DNA of 64,000 nucleotides, taken from the NCBI GenBank assembly GCA_020428405.1, contig JAGQMZ010000002.1:33-64032 (forward strand), read 5' to 3'. The notes below the pieces were generated by a model. That model saw nothing but the letters and a program-made list of their open reading frames with translations. It had not been told where the DNA came from and searched no databases. Made by a program: the position numbers and the translations under genes. Shown piece after piece: positions 33,116 through 43,980 of this stretch (position 1 is the stretch's first letter; every line of letters begins with the position of its first letter). The DNA comes from Candidatus Saccharimonadota bacterium. Its GTDB lineage: Bacteria; Patescibacteriota; Saccharimonadia; Saccharimonadales; JAGQNJ01.

Positions 33116-33687
33116 TACTTATTCTCCTTTTCAAACGGCATTCCGAGCTTTGTTAGTAGTTCTTTAGAGCCTTCTTTACTGCCAGATTGAACAACAAACA
33201 CTATTTGCATGCCATGTGTTATTGATGAATCTTCAAATGTAATTTCTGGAAACACAGTCTGGTCATTTAAACCAAGACTGTAGTTGCCCTGAGCATCAAA
33301 AGCATTATTGCTAACACCGTGAAAGTCACGTAGTCGTGGTAACACGATGTTTACTAGCCTATCCATAAACTCGTACATTTTTTGCCCGCGTAGCGTAACT
33401 TTTAGGCCAATTTTGTTGCCTTCACGTAGCTTAAAGCTCGCAATTGACTGTTTAGCAACAGTTTGGATTGGTTGTTGACCGGTGATTTTTCTCAGCGTGT
33501 TAGTGGCAACTTCCATAAGCCGCTTATCATCTTTTGCTCGGCCTAGACCAATATTTAACACAATTTTTTCAAGTCGCGGAACTTGATTAATATTATCAAG
33601 TTTTAGCTCGCTCTTAAGCTCTTTTATAATCTGATCATTGTACTGCATTAGCAAGCGTGGTTTTAGAGATTTAGTTTTTTCAGCCAT
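33115..33687 (-). CDS. rplE: 50S ribosomal protein L5 (uL5)
   Basis: [13 protein letters not shown]...[41 protein letters not shown]. Confidence 0.96.
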   Translation of the reverse strand: MAEKTKSLKPRLLMQYNDQIIKELKSELKLDNINQVPRLEKIVLNIGLGRAKDDKRLMEVATNTLRKITGQQPIQTVAKQSIASFKLREGNKIGLKVTLRGQKMYEFMDRLVNIVLPRLRDFHGVSNNAFDAQGNYSLGLNDQTVFPEITFEDSSITHGMQIVFVVQSGSKEGSKELLTKLGMPFEKENK

Positions 33688-34016
33688 TATTTAATCTCCT
33701 TTCCGCTTTTCTTTGCGATTCTAACTTTCTTGCTGTCTGTAACTTTAATGCCAACTTTCGTAGCCGTCTTTTTAGCCTGGTCATAGTAAGCAACGTTAGA
33801 AATATCAATTGGCTTAGTTAGCTCAACAATTCCACCTTGTGGGTGTTTCTGATTAGGCTTAATATGTCGTTTTACGACGTTAACTTTATCTACCGTTACT
33901 GAATGTGACTTAGGGTAAACACTCACGATTTTGCCGGTTTTACCTTTGCCTTTGCCAGTTGTAACAATAACTGTGTCACCTTTTTGTAGTCTAGTTTTGA
34001 ATACTCGATCACTCAT
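33687..34016 (-). CDS. rplX: 50S ribosomal protein L24 (uL24)
   Basis: KOW motif LQKGDTVIVTTGKGKGKTGKIV...VNVVKRHIKPNQKHPQGGI. Confidence 0.95.
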   Translation of the reverse strand: MSDRVFKTRLQKGDTVIVTTGKGKGKTGKIVSVYPKSHSVTVDKVNVVKRHIKPNQKHPQGGIVELTKPIDISNVAYYDQAKKTATKVGIKVTDSKKVRIAKKSGKEIK

Positions 34017-34384
34017 TATAGTACCTCCGGTGCAAGGCTGATAATCTTAGCGTAGCCTTTGTCTCTTAGTTCACGTGGAACTGGGCCAAAGATACGTGTA
34101 GCCTTTGGTAGTTTATCTTCACCAATAATTACAGCTGCATTGTCATCAAAAGAAATTGTAGAACCGTCTTTTCGCTTGATAGTTTGTTTGGTTCTAACAA
34201 TAACTGCACGAACAACTGTCTTCTTCTTAACGTTTCCACTTGGAGCGGCATCTTTTACGGACGCAACAATTACGTCACCAACTCTTGCATAGCGGCGTCC
34301 ACTGCCTCCTAGTACACGAATACAAAGCAGTTCTTTCGCACCGCTGTTATCACATACTTTTACTCTTGATTCTTGTTGAATCAT
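34016..34384 (-). CDS. rplN: 50S ribosomal protein L14 (uL14)
   Basis: [44 protein letters not shown]. Confidence 0.97.
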   Translation of the reverse strand: MIQQESRVKVCDNSGAKELLCIRVLGGSGRRYARVGDVIVASVKDAAPSGNVKKKTVVRAVIVRTKQTIKRKDGSTISFDDNAAVIIGEDKLPKATRIFGPVPRELRDKGYAKIISLAPEVL

Positions 34385-34677
34385 ACAACGTCCTCTTCAG
34401 CCTTTTTGGCATCTTCTTTAACATCACTCTCACTAATTGTTGGTCGTTCAACAATCTTATCTAGCTTGTAGCGCTTACTTGCACTTAGCGGGCGAGTTTC
34501 AGAAATAACAACTACGTCACCTTCTTTAGCTTCATTCTTTTCATCATGAGCCATTACTTTTTGGCTATCAATATAGCGCTTCTTGTAAATTGGGTGAGTC
34601 TTGTGCGTAACAATAGTTACCACGATAGATTTATCTGGCTTATCAGACGTAACTTTTCCTTGTAATACTTTAGCCAT
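34381..34677 (-). CDS. rpsQ: 30S ribosomal protein S17 (uS17)
   Basis: [30 protein letters not shown]...[26 protein letters not shown]. Confidence 0.95.
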   Translation of the reverse strand: MAKVLQGKVTSDKPDKSIVVTIVTHKTHPIYKKRYIDSQKVMAHDEKNEAKEGDVVVISETRPLSASKRYKLDKIVERPTISESDVKEDAKKAEEDVV

Positions 34678-34877
34678 TACATTTGCTCCTTTATCAGCTG
34701 TTCACTAAGTACGGTTAGCATTCGTGCTAGGTCGCGCCTTTTATTACGGATTACGCGAGAATTAGTAGTCTCGCCTAGTACCATTTGACGTCTTAGTTCA
34801 GTAATTTCTTCTCTAAGCTTAGTGCTCTGCTTGGTAAGCTCTTTTGTATCTAGTTTGCGTATTTCGACCATCTTCAT
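34677..34877 (-). CDS. rpmC: 50S ribosomal protein L29 (uL29)
   Basis: 66 aa, ELTKQSTKLREEITELRRQ...NSRVIRNKRRDLARMLTV. Lies between rplP and rpsQ. Confidence 0.93.
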   Translation of the reverse strand: MKMVEIRKLDTKELTKQSTKLREEITELRRQMVLGETTNSRVIRNKRRDLARMLTVLSEQLIKEQM

Positions 34878-35290
34878 TACGCTTCCTCCCTTGAGATAAA
34901 CTTAGTCTTAACAGGTAGTTTGTGTGCCGCAAGACGCATAGCCTCTCTAGCAACTTCTTCACTAACACCTTGCATTTCAAACAAAACGGTTCCTGGACGC
35001 ACTTTTGCAACAAAGAACTCCGGGCTCCCTTTTCCGCTACCCATCTTTGTTCCAACGGCTTTACGAGTTACAGGAGTATGGGGGAAGATTCTAATCCATA
35101 TCTTTCCACCACGCTTAATGTATCGTGTCATAGCCTGACGTGCGGCCTCGATTTGTCTAGAGGTAATGCGATCCATGCCTTGAGACTGCAGTGCATACTG
35201 GCCAAAAGCAATGTGGTTGCCAGATGTTGCAACGCCTTTCATGCGACCAACGCGAACTCGGCGGTATTTAGTTTTCTTAGGAAGCAACAT
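34877..35290 (-). CDS. rplP: 50S ribosomal protein L16 (uL16)
   Basis: [17 protein letters not shown]...[29 protein letters not shown]. Confidence 0.97.
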   Translation of the reverse strand: MLLPKKTKYRRVRVGRMKGVATSGNHIAFGQYALQSQGMDRITSRQIEAARQAMTRYIKRGGKIWIRIFPHTPVTRKAVGTKMGSGKGSPEFFVAKVRPGTVLFEMQGVSEEVAREAMRLAAHKLPVKTKFISREEA

Positions 35291-35291
35291 C

Positions 35292-35921
35292 TTAGTTTAC
35301 CTCTCCTTTGTAAATCCAAACCTTTACACCAATAATGCCAGCCTGAGTTTTAGCAGGAACAAATGCGTAATCAATGTCTGCGCGCAAAGTATGTAGTGGT
35401 ACGCTTCCGGCAGTTTCTTTCTCTCTTCGAGCCATTTCTGCACCATTTAGACGGCCAGAAACCTCAATACGAACACCTTTAGCGCCTGCACGCATTACTG
35501 CTGCAGCTGTAGATTTGATTGCACGGCGGAACGAAATACGTCGTTGAAGTTGGAAAGCAATGTTTTCTGCAACCAATTTTGCGTGAAGATCAGCTTTTTT
35601 AACTTCTTCAATGTTTACACGAACAGGAATGTTATAAATCTTTTCAATGTTCTCTTTAAGTTCTTGTACGCCAGAACCACCACGGCCAATAACTACACCA
35701 GCTTTAGCAGTTGCAAGTGTAACTGTAACTAGATTTGGTGAGCGCTCAATGTCAACCTTGTTGATTGCGCCACGGGTACCAATTTTATCTTCAATCAATT
35801 TACGAACAGCAAGGTCTTGGGTTAGGAACTTAGCGTATTCACGCTTGTTAGCAAACCACTTACTGCGCCAATCTTTGTTGACTTGTAGTCTCATACTAAT
35901 TGGATTTACTTTTTGTCCCAT
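35292..35921 (-). CDS. rpsC: 30S ribosomal protein S3 (uS3)
   Basis: [12 protein letters not shown]....WRSKWFA and KH domain [15 protein letters not shown]. Confidence 0.97.
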   Translation of the reverse strand: MGQKVNPISMRLQVNKDWRSKWFANKREYAKFLTQDLAVRKLIEDKIGTRGAINKVDIERSPNLVTVTLATAKAGVVIGRGGSGVQELKENIEKIYNIPVRVNIEEVKKADLHAKLVAENIAFQLQRRISFRRAIKSTAAAVMRAGAKGVRIEVSGRLNGAEMARREKETAGSVPLHTLRADIDYAFVPAKTQAGIIGVKVWIYKGEVN

Positions 35922-36310
35922 TACGCCTTCTCCTCACTCTTTTTAGTGCTTTTAGCTGCTGGTTTTTTAGCTACACGCTTTTCTCCGTCAACAACAACTT
36001 TAATGTGTGATGACTTCTTCTGGTATGGTAATGCTCGGCCTCTTGCAGCAGGGCGGTAACGTTTTAGCCTTGGTCCTGGTGTTACGGTAATTTCTGTAAT
36101 CTTCAGAGTGCCAGGCTTTAGGTTGTGATTGTGTTCTGCATTTGCTTTAGCAGACTTAATTACTCTAGCAACTACATCGCTAGCGCGTCTTGGAGTGTTT
36201 TCTAAGATAACCAAAGCGTCTTCTACAGTTCTATTACGAACAAGAGCAGCTACCACGCCAGTTTTACGTGGGCTCATTCTTACTCCTTTAGCAACTGCTT
36301 GAACACTCAT
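35921..36310 (-). CDS. rplV: 50S ribosomal protein L22 (uL22)
   Basis: AKGVRMSPRKTGVVAALVRNRTVEDALVILENTPRRAS..V..VIKSAKANAEHN. Confidence 0.95.
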   Translation of the reverse strand: MSVQAVAKGVRMSPRKTGVVAALVRNRTVEDALVILENTPRRASDVVARVIKSAKANAEHNHNLKPGTLKITEITVTPGPRLKRYRPAARGRALPYQKKSSHIKVVVDGEKRVAKKPAAKSTKKSEEKA

Positions 36311-36585
36311 TATTTAGCTCCCTTTGCTAGCTTTCCGCCGTGGCTTCTAAATTTACGTGTTGGTGCGAATTCACCAAGTTTGTGCCCAACCATGTTTTCT
36401 GTAACAAATACTGGAACGTGAACTTTGCCATTGTGAACAGCAATAGTTTTACCAACAAATTCAGGCGCAATAGTACATGCACGAGCCCATGTTTTAATAA
36501 TGGTTCGGTCTTCTTTTGCTAATGCGTTAACTTTTTTAGCAAGTTTTGGATCTACAAATGGTCCTTTTTTCAAACTTCTACTCAT
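36310..36585 (-). CDS. rpsS: 30S ribosomal protein S19 (uS19)
   Basis: [15 protein letters not shown]...[39 protein letters not shown]. Confidence 0.97.
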   Translation of the reverse strand: MSRSLKKGPFVDPKLAKKVNALAKEDRTIIKTWARACTIAPEFVGKTIAVHNGKVHVPVFVTENMVGHKLGEFAPTRKFRSHGGKLAKGAK

Positions 36586-36590
36586 ACTAA

Positions 36591-37445
36591 TTACCTTCTT
36601 TTACCTTCATGTCGTGAACGGACAATAAACTTATTAGTCTTTCTGCGAGAACGTGTTTTATAGCCAAGTGTCTTTTGACCCCAAGGTGTACGTGGAGCAG
36701 CACCGTGGTTCTTACCACCACCAATACCGTGTCTACCACCATCACCACCACCATGGGGGTGGTCAGCTGCGTTCATAACAACTCCTCTAACGGATGGGCG
36801 GATACCCATGTGGCGTTTTCTCCCGGCTGAGCCATACTTAACGTTCTGATGACCTTCATTACCAACAGCACCAATAGAAGCAGTGGCATTAATGTTAACC
36901 ATGCGAACTTCGCCACTTGGTAGCTTAACTTGAGCATAATCACCTTCTTTTGCTGTCAGTTGAGCCCTGGCACCAGCGCTTCGCACCATTTGCGCACCTT
37001 TGCCCGGCTGAAGCTCAATAGAATGAATTGTTGAACCAACTGGAATATTCACTAGTGGCAGGCGATTTCCAACTTCAATAGATGCTTCTGCATCAGAAGC
37101 AATCTTTTGACCAACTTTCATACCTCCAGCTGCAATGACATAGTGGTACTTACTACTAGAATCTTTAATTCTAGCAATGTGCGCTGATCGGTTTGGATCA
37201 TATTCAATAGCCTCAATTACTGCAGATGTGCCAGGTGCAAGCTTAAAATCAATAATCCGATAGAATTTCTTTGCACCGCCACCTTTGTGACGCACTGTGA
37301 TTCGGCCCTGGTTGTTACGGCCATTGCCACGACGCTTAACCTGAGTAAGTGATTTTACAGGGCGCTTTGCAGTAATTTCTGTAAAATCTCGGTTTGTCAT
37401 ACCGCGACGAGCAGGAGTAGTAGGCTTATACATTTTTATAGCCAT
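36591..37445 (-). CDS. rplB: 50S ribosomal protein L2 (uL2)
   Basis: [22 protein letters not shown] and [14 protein letters not shown]. Confidence 0.97.
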   Translation of the reverse strand: MAIKMYKPTTPARRGMTNRDFTEITAKRPVKSLTQVKRRGNGRNNQGRITVRHKGGGAKKFYRIIDFKLAPGTSAVIEAIEYDPNRSAHIARIKDSSSKYHYVIAAGGMKVGQKIASDAEASIEVGNRLPLVNIPVGSTIHSIELQPGKGAQMVRSAGARAQLTAKEGDYAQVKLPSGEVRMVNINATASIGAVGNEGHQNVKYGSAGRKRHMGIRPSVRGVVMNAADHPHGGGDGGRHGIGGGKNHGAAPRTPWGQKTLGYKTRSRRKTNKFIVRSRHEGKRR

Positions 37446-37789
37446 TATTTCTTCTCCTTTTTGTCAGACTTTTTGTCTGATTTCTTTTCTTCTTCTGGGA
37501 CTTCAAAGAACGGTAGTTTATCACCATCTTTAAGCTGAACATATGCTCGCTTAACATCAGCACGTTTGCCGTGAACTGGGCGGTTTCGCTTTTGATATGA
37601 AAGCTTAACTTTACCTTTAGCACGTGCCGTTCGCACGTTAGTAACAGTAACCTTAAACTGACTCTCAACAGCGTCGGCAATTGTGTTCTTGTTTGCAGAA
37701 GTAGGCACATCAAATACGTAAGTACCACTAATCAAGCTTAGTGCGTAAGCCTTTTCACTCATTCGTGGTTTTAAGATTAGAGTACTCAT
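37445..37789 (-). CDS. rplW: 50S ribosomal protein L23 (uL23)
   Basis: LKPRMSEKAYALS..GTYVFDVPTSANKNTIADAVESQFKVTVTNVRT. Has a K/E-rich C-terminal tail. Confidence 0.94.
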   Translation of the reverse strand: MSTLILKPRMSEKAYALSLISGTYVFDVPTSANKNTIADAVESQFKVTVTNVRTARAKGKVKLSYQKRNRPVHGKRADVKRAYVQLKDGDKLPFFEVPEEEKKSDKKSDKKEKK

Positions 37790-38421
37790 TATTTAGCTCT
37801 CCCTAGTCTTGCATTTAATACTTCTAGGCCAGGTTTAGTAATAACCACTGTGTAAGCGTTCATAACGTCATTAGTGTTTACGTAGTTAGCAGATACTAAT
37901 GCAACGTTTGCAATGTTATTAGTTGCACGTGTGATTTCTTCTGTCTTTTCACTAACAACTAATAGAGTGTTTCGCTCAGCGCCAATCTTGGTAAGTAGCT
38001 TAACAACATCTGCAGTTTTGCCAGATTTAATCTTTAAGTCTTCAATGATGATAATATTCTTCTTTTGTAGTGATAATGCCTGTTTTAGAGCAGTCTGGCG
38101 TTCTCTTTTTGTAAGAGACATAACGTGGTTTTCTTTGCCAGTTGGGCCAAATGTAATACCACCGCCAGTCCAGATTGGGTTTCTAATAGATCCAAAACGT
38201 GCTCGGCCCGTGCCTTTTTGACGCCATGGCTTACGGCCACCACCACGTACAAGACCCCTGGTCTTTACATTGGGGTGAGCGTTTCTAGCCTCGCCAAGGT
38301 AGCCAAGATAAACCCGTTTAATTAAATCGTGATTTTCAACAGTTAAGTCAAAGATATCTTTGCTAAGTTTTGCTGGTGTACTAGCTTTTGAGCCGGCACT
38401 CGTAAATGTAGGGGTAGCCAT
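37789..38421 (-). CDS. rplD: 50S ribosomal protein L4 (uL4)
   Basis: KTRGLVRGGGRKPWRQKGTGRARFGSIRNPIWTGGGITFGP. Confidence 0.96.
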   Translation of the reverse strand: MATPTFTSAGSKASTPAKLSKDIFDLTVENHDLIKRVYLGYLGEARNAHPNVKTRGLVRGGGRKPWRQKGTGRARFGSIRNPIWTGGGITFGPTGKENHVMSLTKRERQTALKQALSLQKKNIIIIEDLKIKSGKTADVVKLLTKIGAERNTLLVVSEKTEEITRATNNIANVALVSANYVNTNDVMNAYTVVITKPGLEVLNARLGRAK

Positions 38422-39032
38422 TATTTAGCCTCCTTAATCATTACAATGCCTTTGCGAGGACCAGGTACTGCACCAGATACGCCAATAACGTTTAGGTCTG
38501 TATCAATAAGTTCAATTTTAAGGTTCTTTACTGTTACACGTTCGTGACCCATTTGGCCGGCCATCTTTTTGCCTTTAAAAATCTTTTGTGGGTACATAGA
38601 GCCAATTGAACCTGGGCGACGATAGCTGCGACCACCATGAGTCTTGCGTCCTCTATGAAAGTTATGACGTTTAATTGTTCCTGCAAAACCCTTACCTTTG
38701 CTTAGGCCAGTTGCATCAACTATGTCGCCAACACTAAAAGAGTCGGCAGATAGTTTATCGCCGACCTTTAGTTCTTTATCTAATTCTTCTACACGGAACT
38801 CACGAATAATCTTTGAGTTTGTTTTTGCTCCTTTTAGGTGCCCCGCAAGTGATTTGTTTAGGTTTTTCTTTTCTTCAAAGCCTAGTTGCACTGCCTTATA
38901 ACCATCTTTTTCGATGTCTTTGACTTGAGTAACAGTATTTGGGGTAGCAGAAAGAAGGGTTACAGCAGTAACCACGCCATCTTCATTGATGGTGCTAGTC
39001 ATACCAACTTTTCTTGTAATGAAAGTTTTCAT
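38421..39032 (-). CDS. rplC: 50S ribosomal protein L3 (uL3)
   Basis: MKTFITRKVGMTSTINEDG..TAVT...FKGKKMAGQMGHERVTVKNL. The ATG at 39032 with SD AAGGAG is preferred over the track start at 39113. Confidence 0.95.
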   Translation of the reverse strand: MKTFITRKVGMTSTINEDGVVTAVTLLSATPNTVTQVKDIEKDGYKAVQLGFEEKKNLNKSLAGHLKGAKTNSKIIREFRVEELDKELKVGDKLSADSFSVGDIVDATGLSKGKGFAGTIKRHNFHRGRKTHGGRSYRRPGSIGSMYPQKIFKGKKMAGQMGHERVTVKNLKIELIDTDLNVIGVSGAVPGPRKGIVMIKEAK

Positions 39033-39181
39033 TCTTCTCCTTGCAAACGCTTTTACATAAAAAGTCTTGGTTACGTGTGGTTTTCGCCCAAGCGAACCTT
39101 CATCTATAACCAAGTGTCTTATTAAAAGATACCAATACAGAGTAGCAGAAAACCCTCACCTCTGTCAATACGTTGTTTATA

Positions 39182-39448
39182 TTACACGCTTATATAGATT
39201 CCAATTGGGAGCCAAAAGCCAACTAGCATTGATACTAAAAGAACAGCGTATTCTATTTTTCTATCAATTTTAAAGTGGTCATGACTTACTAAAACTAAGC
39301 CAATTAATAAGCCAACTGGTATAGGAAGTTGCCAAGACTGGCCATCTGTAGCTTTAATCCATAAAGAACCAAGTACCATGAAAAGTAATATTTTTAAGAA
39401 GTATGCACTGTCTGATTGTTTAGCTTGTTTCTGTTTTTTCTTTGCCAC
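39182..39448 (-). CDS. Hypothetical small membrane protein (88 aa, 2-3 TM) inside the S10 operon
   Basis: K/Q-rich N-terminus followed by hydrophobic helices. GTG start without a clear SD. Confidence 0.45.
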   Translation of the reverse strand: MAKKKQKQAKQSDSAYFLKILLFMVLGSLWIKATDGQSWQLPIPVGLLIGLVLVSHDHFKIDRKIEYAVLLVSMLVGFWLPIGIYISV

Positions 39449-39471
39449 TAGCAGCCATTATATCACTTATG

Positions 39472-39657
39472 CTATTTTTGCCAGTCTTTAATAGTAATAA
39501 TACCGTTCTCTTCGGTTACCACGACTTTTTGACGCTCTTGCCAGCGAAGCTTTCTAATAATACCTACCGGTATTGTTACAGAGTAGCTGCTGGTCCCAAC
39601 TTTAGTGATTTTTCTTACAGGGTTACTACTTGATTTTTCTTGAGCCGTATCTGTATT
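39472..39657 (-). CDS. AbrB/SpoVT-like DNA-binding domain ORF lacking an ATG/GTG/TTG start (not in the ORF track)
   Basis: My translation is NTDTAQEKSSSNPVRKITKVGTSSYSVTIPVGIIRKLRWQERQKVVVTEENGIITIKDWQK*. The VG.S..VTIP..I...L.W..G..V motif is typical of SpoVT/AbrB. Same frame as the 145-aa ORF, separated by TAG-TGT-TAA. A possible ATC start lies at 39609. Confidence 0.4.
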   Translation of the reverse strand, partial: NTDTAQEKSSSNPVRKITKVGTSSYSVTIPVGIIRKLRWQERQKVVVTEENGIITIKDWQK

Positions 39658-39663
39658 TTAACA

Positions 39664-40101
39664 CTATTTACGTAAACGTTTACGTAATCGATTACGTAAA
39701 TTACTATCGTCATCCGGAACCCTCGTTAAGCTACTTTTTAAAAACTTATCGTGATCAAAAATTGAGTTTTCTGGATCAAGCTTACCTATCTCCTGTACCT
39801 TTGAGTAAATTGCACAGTTACCAATTGCTTTCGCGACTTCTGTTCCATATTCTATCATGCGCCAGTCATAGCGCTTACCGTCAAAGCTAAACATACCTGT
39901 AAGAAAATCAACCTCCACACTGTCCGGAAAAATTCGTGACCGGACGCTAACCGGAGCATCACTGAGCTGTTCGCCCGGCAACCCGATAATTGATGGTGTT
40001 GGTAAATCACCTATGACAAGACCTTCTGGGGGATTATGTATGCCGATAATAGAATAATTGCCTGCAACCGCCAATCCAATTAAGTGTTCTGGCTTTGACA
40101 T
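39664..40101 (-). CDS. Hypothetical protein (145 aa) between rpsJ and rplC
   Basis: ORF starts 6 nt after the rpsJ stop. The basic C-terminal tail LRNRLRKRLRK is encoded by the TTACGTAA array, so the true 3' end is uncertain. Confidence 0.4.
   Translation of the reverse strand: MSKPEHLIGLAVAGNYSIIGIHNPPEGLVIGDLPTPSIIGLPGEQLSDAPVSVRSRIFPDSVEVDFLTGMFSFDGKRYDWRMIEYGTEVAKAIGNCAIYSKVQEIGKLDPENSIFDHDKFLKSSLTRVPDDDSNLRNRLRKRLRK
39668..39699. promoter_or_regulatory. Second TTACGTAA array (3 boxes, 12-bp phasing)
   Basis: TTACGTAA at 39668, 39680 and 39692 with palindromic 4-nt spacers ACGT/TCGA. The downstream flank (TTACGTAAAT..TAAA..ACAGAT) resembles the rplK array flank. Lies immediately upstream (minus sense) of the AbrB-like ORF. 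Confidence 0.5.
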
Positions 40102-40107
40102 GGTAGT

Positions 40108-40443
40108 TTACATCTTAATTTCGGCGTCGCAGCCGGCTGGCAAAGACAGGCTCATTAATGAGTCAATTGTCTTTGGCGTAGGCTCTAGAACGTCAATGAT
40201 ACGTTTGTGAATACGCATTTCAAACTGTTCACGGCCTTTTTTATACACGTGTGGACTTTTTACTACTGTGTACTTTGTTTTTTCTGTAGGCAAAGGAATC
40301 GGCCCGGCAATAGTTGCGCCGGTACGAATAGCGGTGTCTACAATTTGTTTTGCTGATTGATCGATCACCTTGTGATCATATGCTTTTAGTCTGATACGGA
40401 CGCGTTGTTTGCCCGTTTCATTCTTTGCGGATGCTGCACTCAT
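40108..40443 (-). CDS. rpsJ: 30S ribosomal protein S10 (uS10)
   Basis: [41 protein letters not shown]. The ATG at 40443 has SD AAAGGAA. The track start is 40467. Confidence 0.95.
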   Translation of the reverse strand: MSAASAKNETGKQRVRIRLKAYDHKVIDQSAKQIVDTAIRTGATIAGPIPLPTEKTKYTVVKSPHVYKKGREQFEMRIHKRIIDVLEPTPKTIDSLMSLSLPAGCDAEIKM

Positions 40444-40525
40444 AAAATTCCTTTCTTTTTTGAGCACTCTAACATGTACAACCGTTAGAATTTATTATTA
40501 CTATAATATTTTACAACATTAAGTT

Positions 40526-40557
40526 AAAAAATAAAAGAGTCCGCTTTATGCGGACCC
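40526..40557 (-). terminator. Intrinsic terminator after tuf
   Basis: Minus strand reads GGGTCCGC-ataaa-GCGGACTC followed by TTTTATTTTTT. Confidence 0.7.
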
Positions 40558-40579
40558 TTTTTCGGCTTCTTGAGATTAC

Positions 40580-41761
40580 TTATTTTGTAATCTTAGTAAC
40601 AACACCAGCACCTACGGTACGGCCTCCTTCACGAATAGCGAAGCGTTGACCCTGATCCATGGCAATAGGCTGGATTAGTTTTACCTTGAAGGTTACTGTA
40701 TCACCAGGCATAACCATTTCTTTGTCAGCTGGTAGTTCAACCTCACCAGTTACATCCGTTGTTCGGAAGTAGAACTGAGGCTTATAACCCTTGAAGAATG
40801 GAGTGTGACGTCCACCCTCTTCTTTTTTAAGAACATATACTTCTGCATCAAACTCTGTGTGCGGAGTAATAGTACCTGGTTTTGCAAGCACCTGACCACG
40901 TTCGATGTCATCACGCTCAACACCACGTAGCAAAATACCTACGTTGTCGCCAGCTTGACCTTGGTCTAGGTTCTTTTTAAACATTTCAACGCCAGTTACA
41001 ACACTCTTTTGAGTATCTTTAATACCAACGATTTCAACTTCTTCGTTTACTTTTACTACACCTTGTTCAATACGGCCTGTAGCAACAGTACCACGACCCT
41101 TAATTGAGAAAACATCCTCAATTGCCATCATGAATGGTTTATCTAGGTCACGTTTTGGTTCTGGAATATATTCGTCCATAGCCTTAACAAGTTCCATAAT
41201 TGCATTTTGATCTTCTTCAGATCCTTCTAGAGCCTTTGTAGCAGAACCCTTGATGATTGGAGCGTCTTCGTCAAAGTCGTTCTTTGCTAGAAGCTCACGA
41301 ACGTCCATTTCAACTAGTTCAACTAGCTCTGGATCTGCAAGGTCCATCTTGTTTAAGAAAACGACAATCTTAGGTACGCCAACTTGCTTAGCGAGTAGGA
41401 CGTGCTCACGGGTCTGAGGCATAGGGCCATCAGCTGCTGATACAACAAGTACAGCACCGTCAACCTGCGCGGCACCAGTAATCATGTTTTTGATGTAGTC
41501 GGCGTGTCCTGGCATGTCAACATGAGCATAGTGGCGTTTTTCTGTCTCGTACTCTTGGTGAGATACAGCAATTGTAATACCACGTTGCTTTTCTTCAGGC
41601 GCGTTGTCAATTTGATCATAATTAATTGGCTTATTTACGTCACTTGGTAGCTTTTTAGAAAGCGTGTGAGTAATAGCCGCTGTTAGTGTTGTTTTACCGT
41701 GGTCAACGTGGCCCATTGTTCCTACGTTAACGTGCGGTTTACTTCTGTCGAAGTCTGCCAT
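40580..41761 (-). CDS. tuf: Elongation factor Tu
   Basis: [31 protein letters not shown]. Confidence 0.98.
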   Translation of the reverse strand: MADFDRSKPHVNVGTMGHVDHGKTTLTAAITHTLSKKLPSDVNKPINYDQIDNAPEEKQRGITIAVSHQEYETEKRHYAHVDMPGHADYIKNMITGAAQVDGAVLVVSAADGPMPQTREHVLLAKQVGVPKIVVFLNKMDLADPELVELVEMDVRELLAKNDFDEDAPIIKGSATKALEGSEEDQNAIMELVKAMDEYIPEPKRDLDKPFMMAIEDVFSIKGRGTVATGRIEQGVVKVNEEVEIVGIKDTQKSVVTGVEMFKKNLDQGQAGDNVGILLRGVERDDIERGQVLAKPGTITPHTEFDAEVYVLKKEEGGRHTPFFKGYKPQFYFRTTDVTGEVELPADKEMVMPGDTVTFKVKLIQPIAMDQGQRFAIREGGRTVGAGVVTKITK

Positions 41762-41889
41762 TATTATTAGCTCCTTTATTATCTTTTAAACTTTAAATGC
41801 ATAAGTAAATAACACCCATGCGAGTTACCAAATAATTTTATCTAATTATCAGGGGTTTGTAAAGAGATTTATTGTTTTTGCACTACAGT

Positions 41890-43980
41890 TTATTTGCTAT
41901 TTTTAGCAATAATCTCTTCTGCTACGTGGTTTGGCACGTCTGCGTAGTGGTCTAGCTCCATGCTCGAGCTTGCGCGACCTTGTGTCATAGAACGTAGGTT
42001 TGTAGTGTAGCCAAACATTTCGCCAAGTGGCACAAACGAGGTGATTTCTTTAACGCCAGCTTGCAGGTCTTCCATAGATTCAATTCGGCCACGCTTAGAG
42101 TTAAGGTCACCAATTACGTCACCCATGAACTCTTCAGGAGTAACTACTACAACCTTCATAACAGGTTCTAGAAGCACAGGGCTTGCGTTCTTAACACCTT
42201 GTTGAAGCGCCATACTGCCGGCAACTTTAAAGGCCATTTCACTAGAGTCAACATCGTGGTAGCTACCATCGTAAAGCTCTGCAGTCATGTCTACTACTGG
42301 GTATCCAGCAAGCACACCGTTAGCCATAGCTTCTTCAATTCCTGCTTGAACAGGTTTGATGTATTCAGCAGGCACAACTCCACCTTTAATCGAGTTAATG
42401 AATTCAAATCCTTTACCAGCTTCATTTTGGTTAAGACGTAGCCATACGTGACCATATTGACCACGACCACCACTTTGGCGGACAAATTTACCTTCAACTT
42501 CAACACCGTCTTTACGGATTGTTTCACGGTAGGCAACTTGTGGTTGACCAATGTTAGCCTCAACGTTAAATTCAAGCTTCATTCTGTCTACAAGAATTTC
42601 AAGGTGAAGCTCACCCATACCACTAATAATGGTTTGGCCAGTCTCGTCGTCTACATGCACACGGAAGGTCGGGTCTTCTTCCGCAAGTCTTTGAAGAGCA
42701 AGTGACATTTTTTCTTGGTCGGCTTTAGTCTTTGGCTCGATTGCAATACTCACAGGAGGTTCTGGGAAGGTTATGTTCTCAAGAACAACAGCGTTATTAG
42801 GATCGCAAAGTGTATTACCGGTTGTTGTGCCCTTAAGGCCAACTACGGCAGCAATGTCACCAGCGGCTATTTCTGTGATGTCTTCTCGCTTATCAGCTTG
42901 CATGCGCACAAGTCGGCCTATACGTTCTTTTTGGCCAGTTGAACTGTTCATAACGTAAGAGCCAGCTGTTAGTTTGCCACTGTAAACGCGGATGAAACAA
43001 AGCTTACCAACAAATGGGTCGGTGGCAATTTTAAATGCCAAAGCTGCCATAGGTTCTGAAGCTTCTGGCTTTCGCTCTACCTTTTCATCGGTCTTGGGGT
43101 GATTACCCCAAACAGAACCACGCTCTAGTGGGCTAGGTAAAAAGTCATTTACAGAATCTAGAAGTTTTTCAACAATCACACCACGGCCGTCGCCACCCGT
43201 TACAGGGAAGAATTTTCCAGTTAGTGTAGCGTATCTAATAGCGTGACGTACTTCATCTTCTGTTAAGCCTTCTTCACCAACTTCTAGGTATTTCTCTAAC
43301 ATACCCTCGTCCTCTGCTACTGCGTTTTCAATAAGTAAGCTTCTGTACTTTTTAGCTTTATCTTGCATGTCTTCAGGGATTTCGCCCTCTACAAGGTTTT
43401 TATCTGTAAATTCAGTGTAAGTGTAAGCCTTCATAGTAATAAGGTCTACAACACCGTTAATTGACTGCTCAAAGCCAATTGGCAGATGAATTGGGAACGC
43501 CGCTTTGTTTAGGCGGTTATGAATACTTTCAAGTGATTTGTAGAAGTTACCGCCAGTTTGGTTAATCTTGTTAATAAAGCAGATACGTGGAACATTGTAC
43601 TTGTCTGCCTGGCGCCATACTGTTTCTGACTGAGACTCAACGCCCATTTTACCGTCAAATACTGTTACGGCACCGTCAAGTACACGTAATGAACGTTCTA
43701 CCTCGGCAGTAAAGTCGATGTGGCCTGGAGTATCAATAATGTTGATTTTGTAATCTTTCCAAAAGCAAGTAACCGCTGCAGAGGTAATGGTAATACCACG
43801 TTCGCGTTCTTGGGTCATCCAGTCTGTTGTGGTCTCGCCTTCGTGAACTGCGCCAATTTTGTGCTTTAAGCCTGTGCGGTAAAGGATGCCCTCTGTTGTG
43901 GTAGTTTTACCGGCATCAATGTGCGCAATGATACCAATGTTTCTATACTTGTTTAAATCTGTGATCTTTTTATCTGCCAT
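41890..43980 (-). CDS. fusA: Elongation factor G
   Basis: [29 protein letters not shown]. About 700 aa with a five-domain layout. Confidence 0.98.
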   Translation of the reverse strand: MADKKITDLNKYRNIGIIAHIDAGKTTTTEGILYRTGLKHKIGAVHEGETTTDWMTQERERGITITSAAVTCFWKDYKINIIDTPGHIDFTAEVERSLRVLDGAVTVFDGKMGVESQSETVWRQADKYNVPRICFINKINQTGGNFYKSLESIHNRLNKAAFPIHLPIGFEQSINGVVDLITMKAYTYTEFTDKNLVEGEIPEDMQDKAKKYRSLLIENAVAEDEGMLEKYLEVGEEGLTEDEVRHAIRYATLTGKFFPVTGGDGRGVIVEKLLDSVNDFLPSPLERGSVWGNHPKTDEKVERKPEASEPMAALAFKIATDPFVGKLCFIRVYSGKLTAGSYVMNSSTGQKERIGRLVRMQADKREDITEIAAGDIAAVVGLKGTTTGNTLCDPNNAVVLENITFPEPPVSIAIEPKTKADQEKMSLALQRLAEEDPTFRVHVDDETGQTIISGMGELHLEILVDRMKLEFNVEANIGQPQVAYRETIRKDGVEVEGKFVRQSGGRGQYGHVWLRLNQNEAGKGFEFINSIKGGVVPAEYIKPVQAGIEEAMANGVLAGYPVVDMTAELYDGSYHDVDSSEMAFKVAGSMALQQGVKNASPVLLEPVMKVVVVTPEEFMGDVIGDLNSKRGRIESMEDLQAGVKEITSFVPLGEMFGYTTNLRSMTQGRASSSMELDHYADVPNHVAEEIIAKNSK

